From Octopus vulgaris (taxonomy: Eukaryota): a stretch of DNA of 64,000 bases. Shown here in pieces: positions 1-11,780 of the stretch. The stretch lies in contig OX597821.1 in NCBI GenBank assembly GCA_951406725.2, positions 54,808,001-54,872,000 on the forward strand. Direction: 5' to 3'. The position numbers and the translations under genes are program-made. Under the pieces are notes generated by a model, which saw nothing but the letters and a program-made list of their open reading frames with translations, had not been told where the DNA came from and searched no databases. Position 1 is the first letter of the stretch. Each line of letters starts with the position of its first letter.

Positions 1-1043
1 ATTGATTAATGGAAACATTACATCATTAGAAACCATGGCAAGTGTCATAGAATCATGAAGATGTACATCCTGTTGGCTTTTGAATAGTTTTGAATACTGT
101 GGTGCATGTATTCTCCCAATGATGTATTGTCCCCATTAATCAATTAAAAATTCATTAGAAACAGCTGTAGTGAACTGACACATTATCCATCTGTTGTTTC
201 TCATTTATTTAGTATTCACTCCTCTCAGAATTTGCTCCTAGTGTAGATCCAAAGTATATTATGGACCATATATTTACTACAATATGCATTTCTTGATTAG
301 TCTCAGGCTTCATGATATACTCAGTCACATACAATTAATCATACACATAAGCTGAATATCTTTTTGCTGGTACTTTGGGACTCGCATATGTATTCCTCTA
401 TTTTTGTTGTGTATACATTTTACTTTTTGACCCAACCCAGTGCCTTACCATTTAAGTGCCTTGTTCACTTGAATCTTTTACAGTGTGATGTTTCTTTTGT
501 AGCTCAGTATATTTTGTATATATATATATATATATATATACATACATATATATGTATGTATGTATGTATATGCTGAACTACAATAGAAATGTCACACTAT
601 AAAAGATTATTTGTTTTACACATGATGTTGAGATTACATGGATTTTATCACATTTCTGGGTAATTTGACATCAGGGAGAGGTAACTGACCCATAACACCA
701 CTCTCTTTTGAAAACACAAGGATTGCATGTAGGATTCGAACTCACTCACTTTTCATGAACATAGTAATGCTCACGAATGCATTTTTATGAAAAGTATGAT
801 GCACATGCAAAATGTTGACTGATTGGGTATAAACGGCAACCGAATTTACCAGCCTGTCATTCATTCCCCTTACTTGGATTTTGAGTTGCTTGCATTTTTG
901 GATTACCAGTTTAGATTACTTGTTTGGATTACCTGTTTTTAGAATATTATTGTTGAATTTTTGTCATTACCAAAATTTTGTTCTGTGTTCAGCAGACTTT
1001 TTGAACATATTCCCTTCTTTGAGGAGGGGAATTACTTATTTTT

Positions 1044-2357
1044 GTGTGGGAGTTTTCCCAGATTATGAATTGTATGTTGGATACAACTTGTGAGAAAATG
1101 CCATCTGGTGAAAAAGAAAGTCCATTGAACATGCCATTAGGCAAAGAGTTCCTTGAAGAAAACACTCAAACCAGCCAAACTTTGCTACAGCAGCCGGTAT
1201 TAAAAGACAAGCTTCAAAATAGAAAATTTGAACCAGCATATGAAAATTTCGAGAGGGAGGGACAAGATTTAAAAGCTCTCCTCCCCTCCAAGTTAATTGA
1301 AAAATCTAATAAGAGAATTATTGTGTTCGAAAGTTTTATCTTAAAGGAGAAGAAATTAGAAAAAGCTTTGAGAGGAGTAGAAAAATGTTTGCAAACTATA
1401 TTGTCAAATATTTCCTTTATAACAGGAGGAAAAAAATTTGCCTCCATAGTAGTACATTTTAATAATGAAGAAAAGGCAAAACAACATTCCATTAAGTCTT
1501 TAAAAACTGCAGAGATAGTGTTTCTACCTACGTATTTAGATAGATGCACATCAAAAATCTTGGTGGAAGACATCCCACCGGAGATAGATGTAACTTGGAT
1601 TTGTGCAGTGCTAACAATAGGCCTGGAAGAGAAAATGGAAGGCCAGAGATTAGAGATAATCATTCAAGTGGCCCCTCAGATGCTTGAAGAGATAGCTGAA
1701 AATATAATTATCAGCGAAGAAATTATTCTGCAAGTAATGGTCAAGGGTAGAAGGCTGGGGTGTTTCGAATGTGGTGAGAAGGGCCACATTCGAGCGAAAT
1801 GCTCTACCTAAAAGGTGGAAACAACAAAAATAAAACAGCCGAGACTAATGAGCAGCCTATCCAGGTGGAGTGTACACAGAAAGGAAATTCAACCGAAGAC
1901 ATGGAAAACAAAGCAGGATGGGTAACCATATCACATAAAAAAAAGAAAGTCCCCAAGAAGAAAAATACTAACCGGATCCCCACCTCCCCCAGTACAAGCA
2001 AAAGACCTCTCCACCTTCAGACATGTACAATGCACACCCTATCACAAAACCAGCAAAATCAACCCCTCCCTGTCCTGAAAAAGAATCCCCCAATCAACAT
2101 TTCCCACTAGATATCGAATTTGTGTTAACTGCTGTAAAAGTAAAAAGCCAGCAGGTTACACATGGTTACACATGAGTACGCATGCTTTAAAAAACATTCC
2201 GAATGCAGAGTTATATAATGACCACAGGACCATCCGCCCCGAGGGGATTGCAATGTACAAAATTGATACAATGAACTACAAAATATTATCATCACAATAT
2301 TCTAAAGACTTAGGATCTCCAAGAAAGGACTTTTGCAAGTCCCTGTATGAAGGCTAA
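1044..2357 (+). pseudogene. Gag-like ORF1 of a non-LTR retrotransposon, frameshifted after the zinc knuckle
   Basis: The 255-aa ORF 1044-1811 ends in CFECGEKGHIRAKC (CX2CX4HX4C). It continues in shifted ORFs 1799-2110 (Lys/Pro-rich, GWVTISHKKKK) and 2172-2357. Confidence 0.8.
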
Positions 2358-2360
2358 ACA

Positions 2361-2880
2361 AGACCTTTGGACAACTTCCAGAGGTCCCTCGCCTGGCAAT
2401 GTTACTGAGGAACCTTACCAGTTTGTGATAAACTCACAAGGCATGGTGCCTCATGCTCTCCCACCTGCCTGAGCTGTGGGTGGGACAGTGAAACTGTTTT
2501 GCACGCAATTTGGTAGGGTGTCAGGATTTCAGAGTTGTGGGTTTACGTCAAATGACTGCTGTCACATCTTGGAAGAGTACAGCTGTCAGCTGAGTCTGTT
2601 ATAAATATTGTTCCACCTCCTTTACTGAACAGAAAAGGTAAGGTCTGTTTCCTTGTTGTGGTTGCTCTAGTGAAGGAGGCAGTATGGAAGACAAGATTGA
2701 AAAGATTGGTGTCAGGCAGGTTCATTTCTGGCCGATGCTTGTTCTCCATTTTTGTCTCCCTCCTTCAAAGAAAGATAAGGCTAGAAAGGAAGTGCCTGTC
2801 ATCAGACATGTACGGTAAAAGATGGAAGCATGTGGTACGCATGTTGGGTATGAAAGGTTCTACACGAGTGCATCCAAAAG
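2361..2880 (+). pseudogene. C-terminal fragment (zf-RVT-like) of Tx1/L1 ORF2
   Basis: Manual translation from 2376, same frame as ORF 2658: LAWQCY*GTLP..CLSCG..ETVLHAIW..LW; in-frame stops. Confidence 0.75.
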
Positions 2881-3406
2881 TTGATAGAAAAGCTCAGTGG
2901 GAAAACGTGTCTTGTGGGGTTGTGACTGTCCCCAACTCCATTGTGCTGTCTTATTGTCTGTCTGTTCATATTTATATTCTACAGATTTTTAAATGTCATT
3001 TTTATGTAACCTCGTTTGTTACCTAGACCCCACTTCAGCTGTGATTGCCAAAATCCTTTTGTCACCATTTGTGACCTTTTTAATGACATACCTTTTCTGC
3101 TTCAAGTCAGCTTCAAGTTCACATCAAGAGTCTTGCAAACCAAATCCAAAAATGAAATATTGTTCTCACTTGTTTAAATTATTGTTGCTAAGATCATTAT
3201 TTGATTAATTTCCAAGACACACTTGTTTGACAAACAGCTTGACATGAGTCTAGGTATTGAAACTGAAGCAAATTGCATCATGAAACAACCATTTCAGTAT
3301 TTTAAAAACATACATAAATCACTTTGAGATTATTTCTTTGACTTAAAAATTCCCATCACATTTTTTTGATATTTGGTGACTGAAATTCTACGCCATCAGT
3401 CAACAT

Positions 3407-3562
3407 GCTAGAAAGGAAGTGCCTGTCATCAGACATGTACAGTAAAAGATGGAAGCATGTGGTACACATGTTGGGTACGAAAGGTTCTACACAAGTGCAT
3501 CCATAAAAAGTTAATAGAAAAGCTCAGTGGGAGAACATGTCTGCGGGGTCATGACTGTCCCC
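3407..3562 (+). repeat. ~155-bp diverged second copy of the LINE 3' segment 2780-2933
   Basis: gctagaaaggaagtgcctgtcatcagacatgtac...gactgtcccc occurs at both loci with scattered substitutions and small indels. Confidence 0.9.
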
Positions 3563-4379
3563 CACCCAACTAAAACACCAACAGCTACACTAACTAACAC
3601 CACTTTGATGATAACCGGTATAAGTATTCACATGGAATGCAAGTAAATGGGAAATATGACTTTTCAGAAATCTTCATTGCACAAAGTTTTGTTCCACATG
3701 TCTATATCTTTTACTGATCAAGAATCTAGTAAAAAAAAAAAGGAATATGACATTTTGTGTGCATCTGCCATACATATACCAACACTTTGTTGTTATTTTC
3801 CATCTGCGAGTGTGTAAATTTTCTCCAGTATTGGATACTAAAGTGTTCATATATGATAGAAGTCTGAACAGATTAAAGTTTTAATCTTCTAAGTTTAGTT
3901 GATGAGAAACTAGTGATATTTGTTTCTTTCTTTTCAAAAAAATTTGCTTAATAAGATTTTTAAGTAATTCCAGGTATGGTCATTGATAGCAAGCAACAAG
4001 CGATGTTAAAGTATTTTTTTCAACAAATATCAATAAATCTTAATACTTCCTAGTTATTAGAATATGAAATACATTGTGCTACACAATTGTATACAACCAG
4101 GTATTTCTTGTAAAGTCATTTCTGATACAGTAGTTCTGACTTAAATGTTTCAATCACCATCAACACAAGCAATGAAACCTCCCACAGGTTAGCCCAGATT
4201 ACTCAATCAAATCAACTGATGGATTTTATTTTCCCAAGTGGACATTCGGTAACCAGAAGTGTTCTTTTCAATCAATTTAATTCACTGCCTTTGATTTCCC
4301 TCATTGTGGCCAACCCAACAATCGAGGATATTGTTTTTTTTTTCTCTGCTGAGTATAATAAAAACTCCAAGCCACAACA

Positions 4380-4830
4380 GTGTTTATAAAAGAAAGAGTT
4401 TGTAATTGGAAAAAAGCTGCTAATATACTGAAAGTGCTGCTTCCTAGATATAATAATGGTTGGGAATTGTTGGATAATGCAAGAAAACATATACAAATAA
4501 ATAGTAACAACACAATAAAACCTATCCAGTGCTTCCACTTCCTTTTCCAACAAGGAAAAGCCACGCAAGATATTGACAAATCGTCAAATTTATATAATCT
4601 AGTAGGATTGAGAAAAAAGAGGATTCTGATCTTCTGGTGTGATTCAACAAAACAGCAACTGGCAATCAGAGATTTATAAAATTTGCCAACTTTTACTGTA
4701 TTTCCTTCAATATCAGTTAATGCTGAATGCACATTTTCACTTGCAAAGCATTAGAAAAAAAAACATGTCTTCAGTCAAGAATGACACAAGAGAGATTATA
4801 TTCTTTCGTTATACTCTCATATCACAAAAA
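4380..4830 (+). pseudogene. Degenerate hAT-like transposase C-terminus (dimerisation domain)
   Basis: Frameshifted pieces read FWCDSTK...EIYKICQLLL/FPSISVNAECTFSL/KSIRKKNMSSVKNDTRE..IFFRY, resembling the hAT motif P.SS..AER.FS....R.SL. Confidence 0.55.
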
Positions 4831-5988
4831 ATATTAGACCAACAAACCTGACTGCAGCTGCTGTGGGATATATTTACTGATATGAGAATGGACAAATGAA
4901 TTTGTTAATTTCTACTTGGTTTAATGAAGCCAGCAAATTACAAGTGATCTTACAATCTTGAAATTTCCTCATAGTATAGATATTTATTACATGTATTTTA
5001 CCTCAGTATCACAGAAGAATATAAATATTTACCTCTAAAATCACAAAAGAATAAAAGATACAACACAAGAAAATCCTGAAGTTTTTCATGCCTGTAGTTA
5101 AGGTTGAGTCATTGATATTAATTTGCATTTAAAATGCAAATTTAAAAGCATAGATTTAATAAATGTTTTAACCATTTTCATTGGTTAAACTTTAATTTTT
5201 AGTATTCCCCACCTCCACAAAACAGCTCCGCAGTGCCTGATATATATAAATTGAAGTGCATGTGTATTTCTCAGTATGTGTGTGAGCATGAATGTAAATA
5301 TAGCATTACAAATATCCCAACACAACCACTTCCTCTACCACAACTATTACCACCACAACCCCCATTACCATCACCACCACTTCTCCCTGTATACACATGT
5401 ACCTAGAGCAGTCACTCATAATCAATGTATTATACCACTGAAACATCTGTCACAAGGTAAGAAGTAAACTAAAATGCAATGCTTATGATTTAATATCAAT
5501 GACACTGCTTTGACAATTTAATCCTACATTGTCTGGCTGATATAAAGTCCTTGTCTGGCTATCAGTCACTTGAAATCTCCATGGTGAACAAACTATTTCC
5601 TCCTAACACTGCTACTTCATAACTAAACCATACCAAACATTAGAAGTACCTCAACAAACAAAATTGTATCGATGATAAATGTTTTTTAAGGATATATGAC
5701 AGACAAACATTATATACAACACGATTTTTATGTAAGTTTGTATTAGAGTTTAAAAGTAACTTGTAAAATTATCATGGCTGATGTTTCATTTTATGATCAA
5801 GTAAGTGAAACTACTGAAGCCAAATAGGCATAATAAATTGAAAGTAAAATAATGTTTAGAAATATTTGAGTAAATTCAGCAATGAAATTAAAAACTGGAA
5901 GAATGTCTTTTTCTTCAGTTCTATATTTAAGAGATGAGGAATTATGTTCATTATTTGACAGATATTTGTCCTCAATTTGTATGTTGTT

Positions 5989-6031
5989 AACACGTTTCGG
6001 CTGATATACCCTCCAGCCTTCATCAGGTGTC
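5989..6031 (-). ncRNA. Mirror copy of the minimal hammerhead, cleavage triplet deleted
   Basis: Minus strand gacac-CUGAUGA-a-GGCUG..CAGCC-GAAAC-guguu; 3 nt shorter than the plus-strand copy. Confidence 0.6.
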
Positions 6032-6185
6032 TTGGGGAAATTTCAAATCTGGGTTCTCATTCCTAAGGTATTTTTCAATGTTATTATTATCATCATTATT
6101 ATTATTATTCAGGTCACTGCTTGGAATCGAACGTGGAATCTTGGGGTTAGTAGTCTGCACTGTTAACCACTACACCACAAGCATA

Positions 6186-6252
6186 TGGCGTAGTGGTTAA
6201 GAGTGTGGGCTGCTAACCCCAAGATTCTGAGTTCGATTCCAAGCAGTGACCT
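6186..6252 (+). promoter_or_regulatory. tRNA-derived Pol III head (A and B boxes) of the fold-back element; mirror copy at ~6111-6177 on the minus strand
   Basis: TGGCGTAGTGG (A box) ... GAGTTCGATTCC (B box), with a ctgctaa anticodon-like loop; no intact acceptor stem. Confidence 0.75.
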
Positions 6253-6337
6253 GAATAATAATAAAAATAATAACAATAACAACAACAACAACAACAAATC
6301 CCTTAGGAATGAGAACCCAGGTTTGAAAATTTCCCAA

Positions 6338-6383
6338 GACACCTGATGAAGGCTGGAGGGTATATCAGCCGAAATGTTGTGTT
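6338..6383 (+). ncRNA. Minimal type I hammerhead ribozyme motif (PLE type), one substitution in helix III
   Basis: gacac-CUGAUGA-a-GGCUG(gaggguauau)CAGCC-GAAA-u-GUU-guguu; helix I gacac/guguu, 5-bp helix II, vestigial helix III. Confidence 0.7.
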
Positions 6384-6559
6384 AACAACAAACAAGATGA
6401 GGACAAATATCTGTCAAATGTAAATAATGTGTCTTTTTATTGACCGAAAAAATTATGCTATATGTTATGTTTGTATAATATAATGAAGATTGAAAGTACA
6501 ATTAACTTTCTTGTCTTGCTGGGGTTAATGCTGTAATGAAGCAATCTTTTTGATGATTT

Positions 6560-6800
6560 GCCACACATATTGAGATGGAAATGCTTAGAAGTGTTGTGTA
6601 TGCAGACATTCTTCTCATATCCCATTGCCACGCCTTGTAGAGCTTATGTATTAGTGGGCATCAGTTGTGTGCAAACACTCGGTTGTTATGGAGCAGGTCA
6701 GTGTCAGTAGACAAACAATATTTAACTGGCATAACTATTTTAGAGGTGAATGTGCTAAGTGATATATTGACCATTCCATAGAGATTGGTGAAAACAGTTC
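6560..6800 (+). pseudogene. Merlin (IS1595/ISXO2-like) transposase fragment
   Basis: Translation from 6613: SHIPLPRLVELMY*WASV...VSVSRQTIFNWHNYFRGECAK*YIDHSIEIG, matching the Merlin pattern L.Y.W....S..TVVDW.NF.REVC....IG. Confidence 0.6.
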
Positions 6801-6869
6801 ACAGAGTTTGTTAATTGTCTTCAACAAGGATTATCCTGTTTAATTCTTATATTTCGAAATTGAATTGAA

Positions 6870-7211
6870 CCAGCCAGGATCCCTGGTCTGGTGGTACGTA
6901 AAAAGCACTATCCGACTCGTGGCCGATGCCAGCGCCGCCTCGACTGGCCTCCGTGCCAGTGGCACGTAAAATACACCAATCCGACCATGGCCGTTGCCAG
7001 CCTCGCCTGGCACCTGTGCAGGTGGCACGTAAAAAGCACTCACTACACTCACGGAGTGGTTGGCGTTAGGAAGGGCATCCAGCTGTAGAAACATTGCCAG
7101 ATAAGACTGGAGCCTGGTGCAGCCTTCTGGCATCCCAGATCCCCAGTCGAACCGTCCAACCCATGCTAGCATGGAGAACGGACGTTAAACGATGATGATG
7201 ATGATGATGAT
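6870..7211 (+). mobile_element. SINE/non-autonomous retroelement with RTE-like 3' tail and (GAT)n end (family D)
   Basis: Internal ~65-bp repeats gtgcc..gtggcacgtaaaa; tail ttggcgttaggaagggcatccagctgtagaaa...gacgttaaacgatgatgat. Related copies at ~18945-19500(-), 26322-26690(-), 34320-34550(+), 36410-36610(-), 44990-45140, 46130-46270(+), 59203-59345(-). Confidence 0.8.
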
Positions 7212-8814
7212 TTCCTGAAACCCTCAAAGCATCCCCTTGTAAAGCCCTAGTTCAAGGCTCTAGGTTGTAAGAAATAACAGGGCCACACTATCACCCAGCA
7301 ATGTCATGTGGTTTATGTTCTGAAAGTTTATATAACTCTGGTGCCAAGCAGTGTCAGCACCAGCTTTCTCTTGGATAACAATAAACGCAGGTAAACAGAA
7401 CTTACAAAGACAAGCAATTACTGATCTTCCATGAAAAACTTTGCTTAGGCTTGTGCTGAGAAGAACTTTCCAGGTGCTAAAATATTGGCCAACCACAGCA
7501 GACAGGGTATTTAATAAGTTACACAATACAGCACAAAAATGACGGAAACAACACAATATTTAATGCAACAAAAACTGGAATATTTCCCTGGAGGAATGCT
7601 TCAAATACTTAGTGCAACACATTTGGGGAAAAAAATTGCTATTTATTTGAATATTAAGAAAAAATTCTGCAGCTGTTTATTGATTTGATAGAACATGTTG
7701 TAATGGTAAAATATAAAGAAATAATAATCAGGTGAATCAAGTGAAAGTAAACAGCAGCAGTGTTGTTTGCCAGGTTGCTTATAGTTTGGCTCACCAATAA
7801 TCTACAGTTACTGTATCTAGTAATGAATTTCACCCACAGATGATACGTTAGAAAGTAATTGTAAGAAATTACTAAGAAATATAGTCAGGATATTAGTGAC
7901 AGATAAATTGTTACTAGGATATTCTTACATAACACACGAACATAATATTTCTATTTCTAAAGATAGTTTATCAAATATTTTGTATGATAGCAGTTAACTT
8001 TGTTTACACACACACACACACACACTATTTATAATTTATTTATTATGCATCAAAGGAAAAGTACTCATTACAGGGCCTAAAGTTTAATTATATTTATTCA
8101 GCTGGTGTCTTCAGTTATTAATTTCAGTTTCACAAATATTTAATCAATTGGATAACCATTATGTTTGATGATAAAAAAAAAATACCTTTCTCTAAAATGG
8201 CTCTAAAACTGACCATGTGAATCACACTAAATGGACAGCAATTCCCAACTGATAAAGGATGCTGCCTTCTCTTCACTCACTGACATAACTTAATGTTTGA
8301 CAAAAATTTTAGCTATTTATTTGAATATTAAGAATAAACTTTTGCTATTTATTTGAATATTAAGAAAAAATGCTGCAAAAAATTTCTCACAGTGTTCATG
8401 AGAAAGTGAGGGAGTGCATCTGATTTTTTTATAAGCCAGTATATTGCTTTAAGTTTCAATTTGGTTTTATACATCAGCTCTCCCATCACATCATGGTGTG
8501 TTGGTTTAGCTAGTTTGCAGTTTAAAATTGATTGTTTCTGGCATATGCTTGAAGCTATTTATGTTCATGGAGACAAGAAGAGTTTAAATTTTACAGTGGC
8601 TCATAGTTGGAATATTCTGGTTGCAAATATATAAATCCAATATTATCCTGGATAAAAGCTGACTAAAGCAGAATTTTGAGTGAAAATTTTTGTTATATGT
8701 GTGCTGTAACTTTCTTCATAGAAGCCTCAGATCTCATAACATTTTCTTTGATAAAGGAAACTAGAGGGGCTACAATATTCTAGATGAGGCCACGTAAGCA
8801 TTAGATAGATGACA

Positions 8815-8831
8815 AATGTATGTGCGTTTGT

Positions 8832-8867
<36 letters not shown>

Positions 8868-9092
8868 GTATGTATATAAGATTTGTGAGTGGATTTGGTA
8901 AACAGAAACTGAAAGAAGCTTGTCATTCTTCCATGTACACAACATACATGTAAGTATGCATGTGTGTGTGTGTGTGTGTGTCTGTGTGTGTGTGTGTGTG
9001 TGGTGTGTGTGGTATGCATGTGCGTGCATGTGTGTGTGTATGTGTGTGTGTGTGGTGTGTATGTGTGTGGTGTGCGTGTGCATGCGTGTGCA

Positions 9093-9163
<71 letters not shown>
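8815..9163. repeat. Compound (TG)n/(TA)n microsatellite with an embedded family A SINE fragment (8880-8925)
   Basis: Directly visible; explains the HT/CV ORFs. Confidence 0.95.
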
Positions 9164-9167
<4 letters not shown>

Positions 9168-9879
9168 AAAATGGTTGCAGCATCGAAAACACATGTTAGC
9201 CACTCAGAAACTGCTAACTTCACTTAAACATTTATTGTTTGTAATATAGTGACGAAATTGTCATTGCTTGAAACTGCAACCTAGTCACTGGCAATGTAAC
9301 ACTGTGTTTCAAAGCAGTTGAAGAAAAGTTAAAAGTTTTGTGTGATTTTGATTGCCTAACATATGTCTTCTGTGCTGCAATAATTTTGGTTTTGACACAG
9401 TCTCAGATGAAAACATCTGCCTAGCAAGTATATCTTTGGAATAAATGCATGCATGCATCTATCAATAATACATATATACATACATCACAAATGAAAGTGA
9501 CAAGTTACATATTTGGCATGGGAGAGTATTTAGGAAAAATATGATGAATGCTATCTCCAACGTTGAAGCCACAATTACCAGTATCATTGAATAACTGCCT
9601 AATCTCAGATGAATTAACTGAAGAAGTCTTTTATACATGATCGTAGTGATTTTTGACTGAAACTTGGATTTACCATGCAGAGAGTTACTACAAGCAATAT
9701 GGCTGGACAGGTACATATATAAAACAAAGCATACAAATCTGAACATACACATACATACATTTAACAATACCCTGTTTATGTTGTTGAAATTCCAATAAAG
9801 AAGCCTTGGATCACGGTTAGAAACCTGCTCTTTCTCTATTGGCAAGAAATCTTGAAATAAAACTGAACAATGACATACA

Positions 9880-9927
<48 letters not shown>

Positions 9928-10239
9928 CACACAATTCATACATACAATGATTAAGTAAGTTTCATTTTAAAACCAAGAGTACTCAATATAATAAGAGTTG
10001 ATTTATGTTTTATATGATTACAGAAACATGTCAGCTCATGTTTAGAAAAGGTTTTCAGAGATACTCAAAGTATTTGAGAGTTGAGTCATATCATATTGCC
10101 ACTCAGCAGAGTGTTTTGTTTAGGGACATAAAATAAATGGTGCTTTAAGCATTCTAAAAAATAAACAAAAATGTATATAATACACACACACACACTCACA
10201 CACATGATGATTGCTTCATCTTGACAATGTACTGTCTCC

Positions 10240-10560
10240 GCTTTTCTTTCAAACATTCAATTTTGGAGAGAATTTTTTGATGAAATATAGTTTCATTGCT
10301 TTTTGGTATTGTAGATCATCCCATACACATTTGTAAAAGAAAAACAATTTTGAATTTTCTGTCACTGCATATTTCTATTTGCTTACTTAATGGAATCTTG
10401 CATAATTCCTCTTGTCGGATATGTTGCCTGTGGATTCTTGCATGTTGGCAGAGGGGATTGTTTGTTTCGCCAATGTAATTTTCTTTGCAGCTCGGGCAGG
10501 TAATGCAGTATATGAAGTTTTGCATTTTGCAGTTCATATCTCTGTAAATATTCAGATGTA
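10240..10560 (-). pseudogene. Penelope-like element GIY-YIG endonuclease remnant
   Basis: MNCKMQNFIYCITCPSCKENYIGETNNPL..RIHRQHI..., the PLE NC.S.N+IY.ITC..C...YIGET motif; ends ...LYFIKKFSPKLNV*. Confidence 0.85.
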
Positions 10561-10825
10561 ATATGTGTGGCATTGAGATGTTCTGAGCTTTGCGTGTTTT
10601 TCTAGTTTGTAAGTTTTATACTAATGTTCTCTAATGTAAAAATATGAAATTGAAAGAGGCATGATCGAAATTACACAGTAAAAATGGACATGATCCCAAA
10701 CACACACATGCATGCATTCATGCACACATACATACACACTTCAATCAAGGGATTCTCTCCAAAATTGAATGGATAATTGCATTTTTTATTCCAAATGTTC
10801 AGGTATACATATGAGTAGCATTGGG

Positions 10826-10860
<35 letters not shown>

Positions 10861-10937
10861 CTGTTTTATTTTATTTTATTTTTCTATTTATTAATATTTC
10901 TAATTTTCAAATATTATACTAATGTTTTTTCATGCAG

Positions 10938-11003
10938 AACTATATTTCATCAAAAAATTCTCTCCAAAATTGAATGTTTGAAAGAAAAGAGGAGATAATA
11001 CAT
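10938..11003 (+). repeat. Inverted copy of the PLE 3' end (10226-10292); a further partial copy at 10752-10771
   Basis: aactatatttcatcaaaaaattctctccaaaattgaatgtttgaaagaaaag is the reverse complement of part of 10226-10292. Confidence 0.85.
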
Positions 11004-11263
11004 TTTGTATTCTAAATATAATTCAAAGAGGAGAAAAAGAAAGAAAGAAAGAGGAAAAAAGAAGGAAAGAGGAAGCAAAAGAACTTTCAGTGATGACCAC
11101 ATGGCACCCATGTTTATGTTTTATTTTATTTTTTTTTTTTGAAGAGGTCACCATCCTTAAACCCATTCCAATACAATTGTAAATGACTAAATAAATAAAT
11201 AAATAGTGAATCAGAAGGGGGATCCCCCTTCCCTCTCTCTCTACCTGTTTATCTGTCTGTCTG

Positions 11264-11264
11264 A

Positions 11265-11341
<77 letters not shown>

Positions 11342-11412
11342 CATCCATCCATCCATCCATCCATCTATCCATCTATTAGCCTATCTAGCTACCTATATTT
11401 CTATCTATCCAT
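11264..11412. repeat. (TATC)n/(CATC)n microsatellite
   Basis: Directly visible. Confidence 0.95.
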
Positions 11413-11670
11413 CTCCATTGTTAATAGAATCTTACCCCTCCAAAAAATAAATAACAGAAGCAATGTTTTCTTCTAAACAAAACCCCCACAAAACATCTGT
11501 CTTATATAAATGAACAAGCTGTTTGTACATTCACAAAAGTTTGACAAGTTTGCGAAATGAACAAAAGAATTAATAATAATGAAGAAATAAAAAGACTTTT
11601 TCCCAAAATTCTGATGCCTTTCTCTCTCTCACTCTATTGTCGTTTTTTCTTGCTTGTTCATGTTTGGATT

Positions 11671-11704
<34 letters not shown>

Positions 11705-11724
11705 TTAAAAGGTGAGAGCTAGAG

Positions 11725-11780
<56 letters not shown>

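Larger units (their letters stand above)
870..3060 (+). mobile_element. Internally deleted Tx1/L1-clade non-LTR retrotransposon (5'UTR + ORF1 + only the C-terminal end of ORF2)
   Basis: ORF1 with a CCHC knuckle is followed directly (from ~2360) by a stop-interrupted frame reading FQRSLAWQCY*GTLPVCDKLTRHG...CLSCGWDSETVLHAIW*...ELWVYVK...LVKEAVWKTRLK, typical of the zf-RVT/C-terminus of Tx1/L1 ORF2. No endonuclease or RT lies between them. Boundaries approximate. Confidence 0.75.
5916..6429. mobile_element. Fold-back element: two inverted tRNA-headed units, each ending in a Penelope-type hammerhead tail
   Basis: Arms ~5949-6177 and ~6186-6429 are reverse complements with an 8-nt spacer. Flanked by a direct repeat tgtcttttt(c/a)tt at 5904-5915 and 6430-6441 (probable TSD). 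Confidence 0.85.

Noticed and set aside
6186-6252. tRNA-Ser(GCT)-like gene
   Set aside because: No acceptor stem or long variable arm; it is the head of a repeated element with a mirror copy.
6890-7045. CRISPR-like repeat-spacer pattern (gtgcc..gtggcacgtaaaa), also at 44990-45140
   Set aside because: The 'spacers' are homologous to each other; these are internal tandem units of SINE family D in a eukaryote, with no cas genes.
8727-9227. His/Thr- and Cys/Val-rich ORFs (also near 14.4, 47.3, 48.1, 50.7 and 62.2 kb)
   Set aside because: Translations of dinucleotide and tetranucleotide microsatellites.
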